Assembly: GCA_045537235.1 (NCBI GenBank)
Contig: JAZSPB010000076.1
Span: forward strand, 41-64,040
DNA length: 64,000 nt
DNA from: Eubacteriales bacterium
GTDB lineage: Bacteria; Bacillota; Clostridia; Oscillospirales; CAG-272
Direction of reading: 5' to 3'
The position numbers were made by a program, and so were the translations under genes. Within the stretch, counting starts at the first letter, position 1. Each line of letters opens with the position of its first letter. Under the pieces are notes generated by a model that was given only the letters and a program-made list of their open reading frames with translations, was not told the origin of the DNA and did not search any database. Below, piece after piece: positions 41,771 to 51,169 of this stretch.

Positions 41771-42292
41771 ATGGAAGAAAGAACCAGTGGCTTTAAGCCG
41801 ATAAAAAAGAAAAAAGGAAGATTCAACCCCGTCGATCTTTTGATAACCTTGATTGTAATCGCATTGATCGCAGCCGTGATCCTGGTATTCGATCCCTTTT
41901 CCCTTGGATTGTTTGACGGAGATGCCAAGGAGGTTCGGCTGGAATATACAATTCGAATCGATAATGTAGAGGGTGCTCTGGTAGAGAAGATTCACAATGG
42001 CGATGAGGTCGTTGATGCCGCAGTAAAGACGTCGCTGGGCTATGTAAGCTCGGTAGAGAACGATATTCCGCATACAGAGCCTTATTATAACAGCGACAAT
42101 GACGAGGTCAGCATGAAGGAATATCCCGACCGCTATGACCTTGTGGTGACCGTGACAGCCAATGCGGTTTATACCGAAGGTGTGGGCTATACGGTCAACG
42201 GACGCCGCGTTGCCGTGGGGACTGCGTTTTATCTGATGTTCCCCGAATATCTCGGCAATGGAAACTGTATCAGCTTCAGAGAGATCGGATAA
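41771..42292 (+). CDS. DUF4330-like membrane-anchored protein
   Basis: RFNPVDLLI followed by a TM and a beta-rich domain. Confidence 0.7.
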   Translation: MEERTSGFKPIKKKKGRFNPVDLLITLIVIALIAAVILVFDPFSLGLFDGDAKEVRLEYTIRIDNVEGALVEKIHNGDEVVDAAVKTSLGYVSSVENDIPHTEPYYNSDNDEVSMKEYPDRYDLVVTVTANAVYTEGVGYTVNGRRVAVGTAFYLMFPEYLGNGNCISFREIG

Positions 42293-42304
42293 GGAGGAAA
42301 GTCA

Positions 42305-42808
42305 ATGGGACGCAAAAATACAGACGGAGCGACCAAGAGTCGTTTTAATGTGATTGATGTTTTGATCGTGCTGATCGTTATTCTGTGTATCGCGGCACTG
42401 ATCGTTCGCTTTGGAAACTTTGGCGGACGTACAACATCGGATAGATTGGAATCGTACGATGTTTATTTTTCTGTTACCGATATCGTCTACACCTCCGAGG
42501 ATGCTTTTGGGCCGGGGGATACGGTGACCTTGGTGGACAAGGGAATCGTTCTTGGCGAATTGGTGGGATTGGAGAGTATTTTGCCGGCAGAATTCGTCGC
42601 CCGCGATAAGAGCGGCAATTTGATCGTTGTCAATTATCCCGAATCCACTCGGATCGATGTGACAGGCAAGATCATCTCGCAGGGAAATATGACGGATAAC
42701 GGTTACCTTGTTGGCGGTACGACCTATGTTGCCTCGGGGACCAAGTATTCCGTGCAGACAGAGCATATGGATTTTGTTCTGACGATTACCGACATTGTCG
42801 AAAAATAA
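42305..42808 (+). CDS. DUF4330-like membrane-anchored protein (tandem paralogue)
   Basis: RFNVIDVLI followed by a TM; same architecture as the preceding gene. Confidence 0.7.
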   Translation: MGRKNTDGATKSRFNVIDVLIVLIVILCIAALIVRFGNFGGRTTSDRLESYDVYFSVTDIVYTSEDAFGPGDTVTLVDKGIVLGELVGLESILPAEFVARDKSGNLIVVNYPESTRIDVTGKIISQGNMTDNGYLVGGTTYVASGTKYSVQTEHMDFVLTITDIVEK

Positions 42809-43000
42809 GAGATTTTTACAGCTATTTGTCAAAAATGTTAAACAACCGTAAAAAATGTATATTAAATTTCATCAAAAACCACGACGAAAGCCTATTGACT
42901 TTTACCGTCGAATTTTGATATACTTATATATACATGGGTGTAAGTCGAAGCCGATTGAGGTGTTCAACCCGTAGAATTATATTTTCGAGGAGCGAATAAA

Positions 43001-43273
43001 ATGATATCCAGAGAAGTTACCATCACCAATAGCATCGGTTTGCACGCGAGACCCGCCACTTTCTTCATTCAGAAGGCCAATGCATATAAGGCTTCTGTTT
43101 GGGTGGAGAAGGAAGATCGCAGAGTGAACGCAAAGAGCCTTTTGGGTGTTCTTTCCCTTGGCATCGCACAGGGCATGACCGTGACCTTGCTTGCCGACGG
43201 TCAGGATGAAGAGGATGCTCTTGACGGACTGATGAATCTGATCAATACCGGATTCACCGAGTTTGCAGGCTAA
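43001..43273 (+). CDS. ptsH: Phosphocarrier protein HPr
   Basis: GLHARPA and VNAKSLLGVLSLG. Confidence 0.93.
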   Translation: MISREVTITNSIGLHARPATFFIQKANAYKASVWVEKEDRRVNAKSLLGVLSLGIAQGMTVTLLADGQDEEDALDGLMNLINTGFTEFAG

Positions 43274-43349
43274 TTCTTTGAACGCTATCGGCGGGGTTTT
43301 TACCTCGCCTTTTTTCATTTTATAAGTGCCTGTTGCGTAGGTCGGTGAA

Positions 43350-43483
43350 AACTCTTTTGATCCGTGCCCTTGAGGAAGTTCGAGCGAACAAAGCGACTCT
43401 CCAATCCGTGCAGTATATATGCACCAATGAAACCAAGAGCACGGATCAAAAGTTTTTTGCGGAGCTTTTTTCAAAAAAGCAAC
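43350..43483. repeat. Long palindromic intergenic repeat, copy D
   Basis: CTTTTGATCCGTGC ... GCACGGATCAAAAGTTTTTTGCGGAGCTTTTTTCAAAAAAGC. Confidence 0.85.
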
Positions 43484-43531
43484 ATCTTTGCGCCCGTAGG
43501 CACCCAAAACACAACGAAAGGGGATCAGAAA

Positions 43532-45367
43532 ATGCAAAACAGTGACCGCGTGGCGCGTCTTTTGGAAAAAGCCAATACGTTACCCCTTTGTCCGGGTGTG
43601 TACATTATGAAGAATTCTGCGGGCAAGGTGATTTATGTAGGAAAATCGCGCAAACTGAAAAATCGAGTGTCCCAGTATTTTCAAAACAGCGCCAAAAATG
43701 TTAAAACGTACAAAATGGTCTCATCTGTGGATAATTTTGACTATATTGTTTGTAATACCGAGATCGAGGCATTGACCCTTGAAAATACACTGATCAAGCA
43801 GTATAACCCTAAATATAACATCAAGCTCAAGGATGCCAAATCTTATCCGTATATCAAGATCACGCATGAGGAATATCCGAGACTGATCTATACACGAACG
43901 CGCTCGAATGACAAAGCGACCTACTACGGTCCTTATACGGGCACGGCTACGGTGTTTTCCGTTTTGACACTTTTGCATAAAAGCTTCGGCATTCCGTCCT
44001 GCAACCGCCGATTTCCGAGAGATATTGGAAAAGAAAGACCTTGTATCTATAAGCAGATGGGACAATGCTGCGGCGTATGTACGGGAGAGGTCAGCGCAGA
44101 GGAATACCGCTCGCTGATTCGGTCGGCATCCGACATCCTACGCGGAAATATTCGAGAAACGCGCAAGCGGTTGGAAGAAAAAATGTATGAGTATGCCGAG
44201 AAGGAGAACTTTGAAGCCGCCATCCGCTATCGCAATACCATGAATGCGTTGGACAAACTGTCCGAAAAGCAGAAGGTTGTGGCCTCCGCGAAAGAAAACC
44301 ATGACGTGATCGGTATTTTCGACGGCGATGTTTGTACGGGACTTTCGGTTCTTAATGTTCGCGAGGGTGTGCTGGTCAACAAGTCCGATTATGTGTTCGG
44401 AAGCGACCGTATTTTGGATGAAAGCGGGATCAGTACCTTCTTGTGTGAATACTATCGCGGAAAGGGAGACGTCCCTCATGAGATCTTGATCTCCTTTGAG
44501 ATGGAGGAGGAAGAGCGCTTGCTGATTGGCGAATATCTTTCTTCCATATCCGAAAAGAAGGTCGAGCTTCGCACACCCGAGCGGGGTGACAAACGTGCTC
44601 TTTGTAAAATGGCGGTAGAGAATGCCGAGCAGGCGGCTCGACAGTATGTTTCAGATGCCGAGCGCTCGGATACCGTTCTTGCGGGATTGGCGGCATTGCT
44701 CGGTCTTGAGGCATTGCCGACAAGGATTGAGGCTTATGATATCTCCAATCTCGGTGCCGAGCATAAAACCGCAGGTATGATCGTTTGCGAAGATGGCAAG
44801 CTTAAACCTGCCGATTATCGAAGCTTCAGCATCAAGGGAGTAGCAGGTACGGATGACTACGCGTGTATGTGCGAGACCATGCGGCGGCGCTTTGCGCATC
44901 TTTCGGATGACAGCGGCTCTTTCTCGCAGATTCCCGATCTGATCCTGCTTGACGGTGGGCGCGGTCATGTTTCTTGTGTGCGCGAAGTGCTTTCCGAAAT
45001 GGATTTGGATATTCCCGTATTTGGTATGGTCAAGGACGATTTTCATAAAACACGCGCCCTTTGTGATGAAGAACGGGAGATCAGCATTGCCCGCGAACAG
45101 CAGATCTTTGTTTTCATATATAAACTCCAAGAAGAAGTACACCGATATACCGTGGGGCGTATGACAAACGCCAAGCTCAAAACGCTCAAGACTTCTTCGC
45201 TGGAGGTCATCAAGGGAATCGGTCCCAAAAAGGCAAGAGCCATTCTTTTGAAATTCGGTACGTTGGAAGCCGTAAAAAAAGCCGATGCGGATGCCGTTGC
45301 TCAAACGCCCGGTGTCAGTCGATCCGACGCGGAGGCTGTCGTTCGCTATTTTGAGGAGCATTCGTAA
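43532..45367 (+). CDS. uvrC: Excinuclease ABC subunit C
   Basis: GIY-YIG motif PGVYIMK...IYVGKS, RIEAYDISN, PDLILLDGG and HhH. Confidence 0.97.
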   Translation: MQNSDRVARLLEKANTLPLCPGVYIMKNSAGKVIYVGKSRKLKNRVSQYFQNSAKNVKTYKMVSSVDNFDYIVCNTEIEALTLENTLIKQYNPKYNIKLKDAKSYPYIKITHEEYPRLIYTRTRSNDKATYYGPYTGTATVFSVLTLLHKSFGIPSCNRRFPRDIGKERPCIYKQMGQCCGVCTGEVSAEEYRSLIRSASDILRGNIRETRKRLEEKMYEYAEKENFEAAIRYRNTMNALDKLSEKQKVVASAKENHDVIGIFDGDVCTGLSVLNVREGVLVNKSDYVFGSDRILDESGISTFLCEYYRGKGDVPHEILISFEMEEEERLLIGEYLSSISEKKVELRTPERGDKRALCKMAVENAEQAARQYVSDAERSDTVLAGLAALLGLEALPTRIEAYDISNLGAEHKTAGMIVCEDGKLKPADYRSFSIKGVAGTDDYACMCETMRRRFAHLSDDSGSFSQIPDLILLDGGRGHVSCVREVLSEMDLDIPVFGMVKDDFHKTRALCDEEREISIAREQQIFVFIYKLQEEVHRYTVGRMTNAKLKTLKTSSLEVIKGIGPKKARAILLKFGTLEAVKKADADAVAQTPGVSRSDAEAVVRYFEEHS

Positions 45368-45381
45368 GAAAGGAAATGTCT

Positions 45382-45942
45382 ATGAGAATCATAACCGGAA
45401 GTGCAAGAGGTACTAAGCTGTTGACGCTTGACGGACTCAATACTCGTCCTACAGCCGAGCGCGCCAAAGAGGCGATTTTTTCCAAGCTTCAATTTGACTT
45501 GGAGGGAAGAAGTGTTCTTGATCTGTTTGCAGGCTCGGGGCAAATGGGGCTGGAGGCTCTCAGTCGCGGTGCTTCTCATGCCGTATTTTGCGACAAAGCT
45601 CGCGAGTCGGTAGAGATCATTACCAAGAATGCCGAAAAGACACGGCTCAAGGAAAAATGTACCATTCTTTGCACCGACCATGCTGACTGTGTCCGACGTA
45701 TGGCGATGATGAATAAACAATTTGATATTGTTTTTCTTGATCCCCCCTATGCCTCGACACTGATAGCCGACTCGTTGACAAGACTTTGCCAAGAAGGACT
45801 TTTGAAAAAAGGTGCTCTTATTGTATGCGAAAGCGGTAGCCCCGATATTGTCCCCCCGGACGCATTGGAGCTTGTAAAACAAACCAAATACGGTGTGGCA
45901 TATGTGACCATTCTTACACCAAAGCAGGAGGTGCTGTCATGA
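45382..45942 (+). CDS. rsmD: 16S rRNA (guanine966-N2) methyltransferase
   Basis: MRIITG, LDLFAGSG and FLDPPY. Confidence 0.95.
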   Translation: MRIITGSARGTKLLTLDGLNTRPTAERAKEAIFSKLQFDLEGRSVLDLFAGSGQMGLEALSRGASHAVFCDKARESVEIITKNAEKTRLKEKCTILCTDHADCVRRMAMMNKQFDIVFLDPPYASTLIADSLTRLCQEGLLKKGALIVCESGSPDIVPPDALELVKQTKYGVAYVTILTPKQEVLS

Positions 45943-46433
45943 GTATCGCGGTTATTCCCGGCAGCTTTGACCCCATGACTGTGGGGCACGTTAATGTGAT
46001 AGAGAGAGCAGCGACCATGTTTGACGAGGTGGTCGTAGCGGTTATGATCAATCCCAATAAAGTTTACCGTTTTTCCGTGACCGAAAAGACCGAGTTGGCA
46101 GTGCTTTCCTGTGCCCACATTCCCAATGTCCGAGTTATTGCCGATGAGGGGATGCTGGTTGATCTTGTGGAGAGACTTGGGGCGTGTGCTATTGTAAAAG
46201 GAATCCGTACGATTAAGGATTTTCGGTATGAGCAAACCATGGCCTATTGGAATCGTGCCCACAATCCTCATGCCGAAACTCTGTATCTTCCTTGTGATAA
46301 GCGTTTTTCACGGGTCAGCTCAACTCTTGTGCGCCAACGAATCGAGCAAGGAAAATCGCTTGACGGACTCATGATGCCAAAAGCCATTGAAAAAATTGTC
46401 GAATGGTGTGGGACTTGTCCTTCAAAAAAATGA
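45939..46433 (+). CDS. coaD: Phosphopantetheine adenylyltransferase
   Basis: PGSFDPMTVGH, KGIR and VSSTLVR. Confidence 0.95.
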   Translation: MSIAVIPGSFDPMTVGHVNVIERAATMFDEVVVAVMINPNKVYRFSVTEKTELAVLSCAHIPNVRVIADEGMLVDLVERLGACAIVKGIRTIKDFRYEQTMAYWNRAHNPHAETLYLPCDKRFSRVSSTLVRQRIEQGKSLDGLMMPKAIEKIVEWCGTCPSKK

Positions 46434-46442
46434 ACAAGCAAG

Positions 46443-46471
46443 TTCTAAATATTAAGCCTCCTCCATATAGT
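46443..46471 (+). promoter_or_regulatory. Putative sigmaE promoter of spoIVA
   Basis: TTCTAAA-N14-CATATAGT; spoIVA is an established sigmaE-regulon gene. Confidence 0.7.
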
Positions 46472-46520
46472 TTACTGAATTGAAAAATTGTCAATCAGTA
46501 AACATATGGAGGATATTTTT

Positions 46521-47999
46521 ATGGCGGAATACAGTATCTATCGGGACATCGCAACACGTACCGGCGGCGACATTTACGTTGGCGTTGTCGGTCCTGTCAG
46601 AAGCGGAAAATCTACATTTATAAAACGCTTCATGGAGGCGATGGTGCTTCCCAATATCAGCGACCCGCACGCCAAGGATCGGGCACGCGATGAGATGCCT
46701 CAAAGCGCGGCAGGCAAGACGGTAATGACCACCGAACCCAAATTCATTCCCGATGAGGCAGTGGAGATCAATCTTGACGGCGGCGTAAGTATGCGCGTCA
46801 AAATGGTGGATTGTGTGGGATATATCATTCCCGAGGCGCTGGGCGCCATTGAGAACGGTCAACCTCGTATGGTGCGCACACCGTGGCGAGAGGAGCCTAT
46901 GCCCTTTGTGGAGGCAGCCGAGATGGGAACCGAAAAGGTCATTAACGAGCATGCCACCATCGGAATGTTGGTCAGTACCGATGGCAGTATCGGAGATATT
47001 TCCCGTGAAAGCTATGTGGAAGCCGAGGAACGCATCGTAAATGAACTGAAAGCCATTGGTAAGCCGTTTGCCATGATCCTCAATTCTGCCAATCCCACAG
47101 CCGAAGCCTCGGTAAAGCTGGCATATGAGTTGGAAGCCAAATACTGTGTTCCCGTAGCTTTGGTGAGCTGTCTGGAGCTGGATGCCGAGGATATTCGGCA
47201 GATTCTTGAGTTGGTTCTCCATGAATTTCCCGTCAGCGAGATGCGTGTAAAATTTCCGACATGGGTTTCCGCTCTGGAGACTACCCACCCCATCCGTGCG
47301 TCACTTTCGGAGGCGGTAAGAAGATGCGTTGCCAATATTCGAAAGATCGGGGATGTAAACGGTGCATTTGACGAGCTGAAAAACAATGAAAATGTGGAAG
47401 AGGTTTCCATTGATCGCATAGACCTGGGAAACGGCTGTGCACAGATATCGACAAAGCTTAATGACGGACTGTTTTACGAAACAGTCAGCCAGCTTACGGG
47501 TATGGAGATTGCCGATGATAAAAATCTGATATCCACTCTCCGTGAATTGGCGGCGATGAAGTCCAAATACGATCGCGTGGCAGAGGCATTGGAAGATGCT
47601 ACCGATAAGGGCTACGGCATCGTCATGCCGGATATTGAGGAGCTGCATCTGGAGGAGCCTGAAATCGTCAAGCAGGCGGGAGGATATGGAGTTAAACTTC
47701 GTGCCGCAGCCCAGTCCATTCACATGATCCGCGCCAATATCGAAACAGAGATCAATCCCATCGTAGGAAGCGAGCAGCAGTCCGAGGAGTTGATCAAATA
47801 TATGCTTCGCGAATTTGAGGAAGACCCTCGCCGCATTTGGGAGTCCAATATGTTTGGTAAGAGTCTGTATGAACTGATGAACGAGGGGTTGCATACGAAG
47901 CTTTCCAACATTCCCGAGGAGTCCCGCACTCGACTTTCGGAGACCTTGGAACGTATAATCAACGAGGGAAGTGGCGGCCTGATTTGTATTATTCTTTGA
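46521..47999 (+). CDS. spoIVA: Stage IV sporulation protein A
   Basis: GVVGPVRSGKSTFIKRFM, MTTEPKFIP and C-terminal GGLICIIL. Confidence 0.98.
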   Translation: MAEYSIYRDIATRTGGDIYVGVVGPVRSGKSTFIKRFMEAMVLPNISDPHAKDRARDEMPQSAAGKTVMTTEPKFIPDEAVEINLDGGVSMRVKMVDCVGYIIPEALGAIENGQPRMVRTPWREEPMPFVEAAEMGTEKVINEHATIGMLVSTDGSIGDISRESYVEAEERIVNELKAIGKPFAMILNSANPTAEASVKLAYELEAKYCVPVALVSCLELDAEDIRQILELVLHEFPVSEMRVKFPTWVSALETTHPIRASLSEAVRRCVANIRKIGDVNGAFDELKNNENVEEVSIDRIDLGNGCAQISTKLNDGLFYETVSQLTGMEIADDKNLISTLRELAAMKSKYDRVAEALEDATDKGYGIVMPDIEELHLEEPEIVKQAGGYGVKLRAAAQSIHMIRANIETEINPIVGSEQQSEELIKYMLREFEEDPRRIWESNMFGKSLYELMNEGLHTKLSNIPEESRTRLSETLERIINEGSGGLICIIL

Positions 48000-48145
48000 C
48001 TTTTTCTTGTTTGGGGAGTCGTTTCGGCGGCTCCTTCTTTTGTAAAATAGGGGAGGACAAGTCTTACTGCCTTTTTCTTTCTTCCGAACATTCCAAGGTG
48101 TGTGGGGGAGACCAACAGCGGTTTTCTGCGATTCTTGAATAAATG

Positions 48146-48173
48146 AACCGATTTTTCATAAAAGCATATGCTA
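48146..48173 (+). promoter_or_regulatory. Possible mother-cell (sigmaK/sigmaE-type) promoter of the split GH18 gene
   Basis: -10 CATATGCTA (48165-48173) with AACC 15 bp upstream; alternative GAATAAA-N13-CATAAAAG just upstream. Confidence 0.45.
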
Positions 48174-48204
48174 TATTGAAATACCAACACAGAAAGGAAT
48201 CGTC

Positions 48205-49052
48205 ATGGTCATTTATACAGTGAAAAACGGAGATTCGCTATACAACATCGCAAGAGCTTATGGAACCACGCCCGATCGAGTCGTTGCAGATAACGATCTG
48301 AAGGATCCCTCAAAACTTGTCGTCGGTCAGACATTGGTTATCCAACAGCCGCTGGTATCCTACCGCGTACGGAGCGGAGACACGGTATATTCGATCTCCC
48401 AACAGTTTGGCGTCAGCCTGAATCAGCTTTATCGCAACAATCCCGTCCTTATGGGAGGAAATAATCTTGTTGTAGGGCAGTCGCTCAACATTGTTCTCCC
48501 TCAAGTACAAAACGACCGCGAGATCGAGGTCAACGGTTATGTATATCCTTCTGTCAGCCGCGAAACACTCATGCGCACCTTGCCGTATCTTACTTATATT
48601 ACGGTTTTTACTTATCGAATTGGAGAAGACGGAACTTTAGAGGACGTTGATGACGAGGAGATCATAGAAATGGCGCGGCAATACGGGGTAGCGCCCATTA
48701 TGCAGATTTCATCGGTTACCGAACGGGGAACCTTTTCCTCCGAAATTGCGGCGCGAATCTTGTCGGACGAAGCATTGCAAGACACGATCATTGAAAATGT
48801 TTTGGCGGTTTTGAGTGAAAAACGGTATGTGGGCGTTGATGTGGATTTTGAATATGTGGAAGGGCAATATGCGGATGCCTATGTGACCTTTCTCGAAAAA
48901 TTACACGCGCGATTGAGTTCCGAGGGATATCAACTGTTTGTCGCTCTTGCCCCAAAATACAATGCCGACCAAGAAGGGCTGCTATACGAAGGGCACGATT
49001 ACGCAGGTGCTGGTGCAGCCGCGGACGGTGTGACACTGATGACGTATGAATG
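48205..49052 (+). CDS. 5' half of an interrupted LysM2-GH18 spore hydrolase (YdhD/YaaH-SleL family)
   Basis: Two LysM repeats, EVNGYVYP, catalytic DVDFE, LLYEGHDY; family similarity stops at LMTYE and the frame runs ~19 unrelated codons to a stop at 49110. Confidence 0.92.
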
Positions 49053-49075
49053 TGTCATTTTTTCTTGCAAGATTC
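49039..49075 (+). other. attL recombination site
   Basis: ATGACG-TATGAATG-T-GTCATTTTTTCT; element-side arm 49054-49065 is the reverse complement of 56474-56485. Confidence 0.88.
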
Positions 49076-49118
49076 AAAAATATAATGCCGAATCTTATAA
49101 ATGCGTATGAGAATTCAG

Positions 49119-50618
49119 TTACAGACGGGGGAAAAGATCAATGGTTACGGCACGGGTTTGGCTGTCTTTGCGATAGGTGAGCTTGGCGAGAATTTCTTTG
49201 TACATATGGTGCTTTTCTTCAGCGGACAGCGTATCATAGGTGTCGAACAGATGTTGGATCTTGGGCTTGAAAACAGTATTCGGTGTGAGATTCTTTTCGC
49301 TCGCTTGAAGTTGCTTTTCCATCGCGTCTCTTTGGACACGATACTCTTCCAACCGAGTCTCAATGACAGCGCGGCGAGATATAAATGTGGGAATGTCATA
49401 GACACCTTGTTCAAGAAAGTCAAGTGCTTTTTGGAGTTGGAGTCGAAGTTTTTGGGTTTTGCTGTCGATATGGAAAAGCGCCTTCCGGACGAGAGTTGTT
49501 TCGGTCGCGCAGGGTGAATTTTGAAGATTGGCATAACAACGCATTCGGGAGAGCAGGGAATCCTTGACAGCCTTTTCCATGATGAAAAAGAGGGATGACA
49601 TCACATGACAATTTCGGTCAGAGCACATAATACGGCGCTCCTTTCCCGAGGAAGCACCTGTCATTTTGGCACCGCATTCCGCGCAATAGGCAATGCCGGA
49701 GAATACATTGTAGAATTGATGACCGCGAGCGGTCTGGTTGGTGCGGTTGACCGATCGAACATAACAGGCTTTTTCAAAAGTGTCATCATCGATGATGGCG
49801 GGGTGCCGACCTTCATAAACGGGGCAGTCGAAGTCATAATGACGGGATTTCACAACGGAGCCGTCTACCAGTTTTTTATTGGTTTTTTTATAGGAACAGC
49901 GGATCTTTCCTGTGTAGACAATATTGCGAAGAATAGTCGAAACAACGACCGGACTCCACGGAACACCGGTTCGCGAGGGAATGTGAAGCTCATTGAGGTG
50001 CTCCGCAAGACGGGTGAAGCCGAGACCTTGTTCAATATAGATATGAAACATATATTTGACCGTTTCCGCTTCTTCGGGATCGATTTCAAGGGTGTTTCCT
50101 TTATCGCCTTTGATTTTGGCGATCCGATATCCAAAAGGGGCTACACTTCCCATAAACCGTCCCTCGGCGGCGGAGCGTTTTCTTCCTCGCTCAAGGCGGC
50201 GATTGATGAGCATATATTCTTTGCGCGACATGAAGAGATTAAATTCAAAAAATTCTTCATCATATTCATTGGCGGGATCGTAGGTCTTGTAGGGGGTGAT
50301 GATTTTTGTGTTGGTGTATTTGAAGGTTTGCGTGATGATCCCCTGATCGATGGAGTTGCCGCGGGAGAGGCGGTCAGGATCCACACAAAGAACACCTTCG
50401 ACCTCGCCCATCTCAACGAGGCGAAGGAGCTTTTGCATTTCGGGACGTTCGATCAAAGATTCGCCGGAGACGACTTCTTCAAAAGAACGGGCGATGGTGA
50501 TACCTTGAGAGCTTGCGAAGGATTCCAGGAGAATACGGTGCCGTTTCAGTGTTTCTTCCACGGACAGTTCGTTATAGTCGCGGTCATAGCGGGATTTTCG
50601 AATGTAAGATATGTACAT
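49119..50618 (-). CDS. Large serine recombinase (SpoIVCA-like, 499 aa)
   Basis: YIRKSR catalytic motif, EEVVSGES, DPDRLSRG, APFGY recombinase domain, CAECG...CSDRNC zinc ribbon and coiled coil; AAGGAG RBS. Confidence 0.95.
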   Translation of the reverse strand: MYISYIRKSRYDRDYNELSVEETLKRHRILLESFASSQGITIARSFEEVVSGESLIERPEMQKLLRLVEMGEVEGVLCVDPDRLSRGNSIDQGIITQTFKYTNTKIITPYKTYDPANEYDEEFFEFNLFMSRKEYMLINRRLERGRKRSAAEGRFMGSVAPFGYRIAKIKGDKGNTLEIDPEEAETVKYMFHIYIEQGLGFTRLAEHLNELHIPSRTGVPWSPVVVSTILRNIVYTGKIRCSYKKTNKKLVDGSVVKSRHYDFDCPVYEGRHPAIIDDDTFEKACYVRSVNRTNQTARGHQFYNVFSGIAYCAECGAKMTGASSGKERRIMCSDRNCHVMSSLFFIMEKAVKDSLLSRMRCYANLQNSPCATETTLVRKALFHIDSKTQKLRLQLQKALDFLEQGVYDIPTFISRRAVIETRLEEYRVQRDAMEKQLQASEKNLTPNTVFKPKIQHLFDTYDTLSAEEKHHMYKEILAKLTYRKDSQTRAVTIDLFPRL

Positions 50619-50662
50619 AAAGACTCCTTTCGTGGTTAACGACGGGAAGGGAATTCTTTTTG

Positions 50663-50691
50663 ATTTTATGTGGGCAAAATAAGAGATATGT
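50663..50691 (-). promoter_or_regulatory. Putative sigmaE promoter of the recombinase
   Basis: Minus strand ACATATC-N14-CATAAAAT, about 45 bp upstream of the ATG. Confidence 0.7.
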
Positions 50692-50820
50692 TTGGCGGAT
50701 TGATCTTTCATGATTGGAACAGATCGCGACAAAGACCGCGTTGAAGCATTTGAATGGATAAGTCCCGAAAGGAAAGAAATTCTTTTTCAGAACATAGGAT
50801 TTAGAGAAAGGAGTGATGAT

Positions 50821-51003
50821 ATGGCAGTGGTAACGATCTACCGTTATGAGGAGTTGAATGTGACGGTTTTGATTCACGATGATGAAATGCTGTCCGAAAA
50901 GGAACGTCGAGAGGTGGTGGAGCGGCTGTTTCGTTATGAGGAGGAGGCTTGTGCTCGGACGCATTGTCGAGATGGGCAGAAAGAGGGTGAAGGACGATCA
51001 TAG
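50821..51003 (+). CDS. Small 60-aa protein divergent from the recombinase; candidate recombination directionality factor
   Basis: Strong RBS AGAAAGGAG; CATAGGAT -10-like box at 50793-50800; MAVVTIYRY...VLIHDD resembles small clostridial prophage proteins. Confidence 0.65.
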   Translation: MAVVTIYRYEELNVTVLIHDDEMLSEKERREVVERLFRYEEEACARTHCRDGQKEGEGRS

Positions 51004-51140
51004 AGGGATGGCTTACAGATAAGTTTCTTATTATACAAACAACAGTTGAATTCGAAACAACCGAGTGATAAAAAATATGTAGGTGAATTTCTCTTGAAAA
51101 CGGCAAGGAAAAGTTGTGTGGAAAGGATGCGACATAAAAT

Positions 51141-51168
51141 TTTAGCCCCGCTTTTGGCGGGGCTTTTT
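51141..51168. terminator. Terminator hairpin between convergent genes
   Basis: AGCCCCGC-TTTTG-GCGGGGCT followed by a T-tract. Confidence 0.75.
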
Positions 51169-51169
51169 A

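Noticed and set aside
43364-43531. N-terminal extension of UvrC, and similar short ORFs across repeat copies (7913-8212, 18880-19062, 51865-52149)
   Set aside because: They are translations of the palindromic repeat. The real uvrC start is 43532.
48205-49110. 301-aa ORF as a complete stand-alone LysM protein, with 56481-56945 as an independent gene
   Set aside because: The last ~19 codons come from the element, the GH18 barrel is incomplete, and the 3' ORF has no convincing RBS. The two pieces are exactly complementary halves.
50619-50732. Longer 537-aa start for the recombinase
   Set aside because: The RBS and the YIRKSR motif place the start at 50618. The extension overlaps the predicted promoter.
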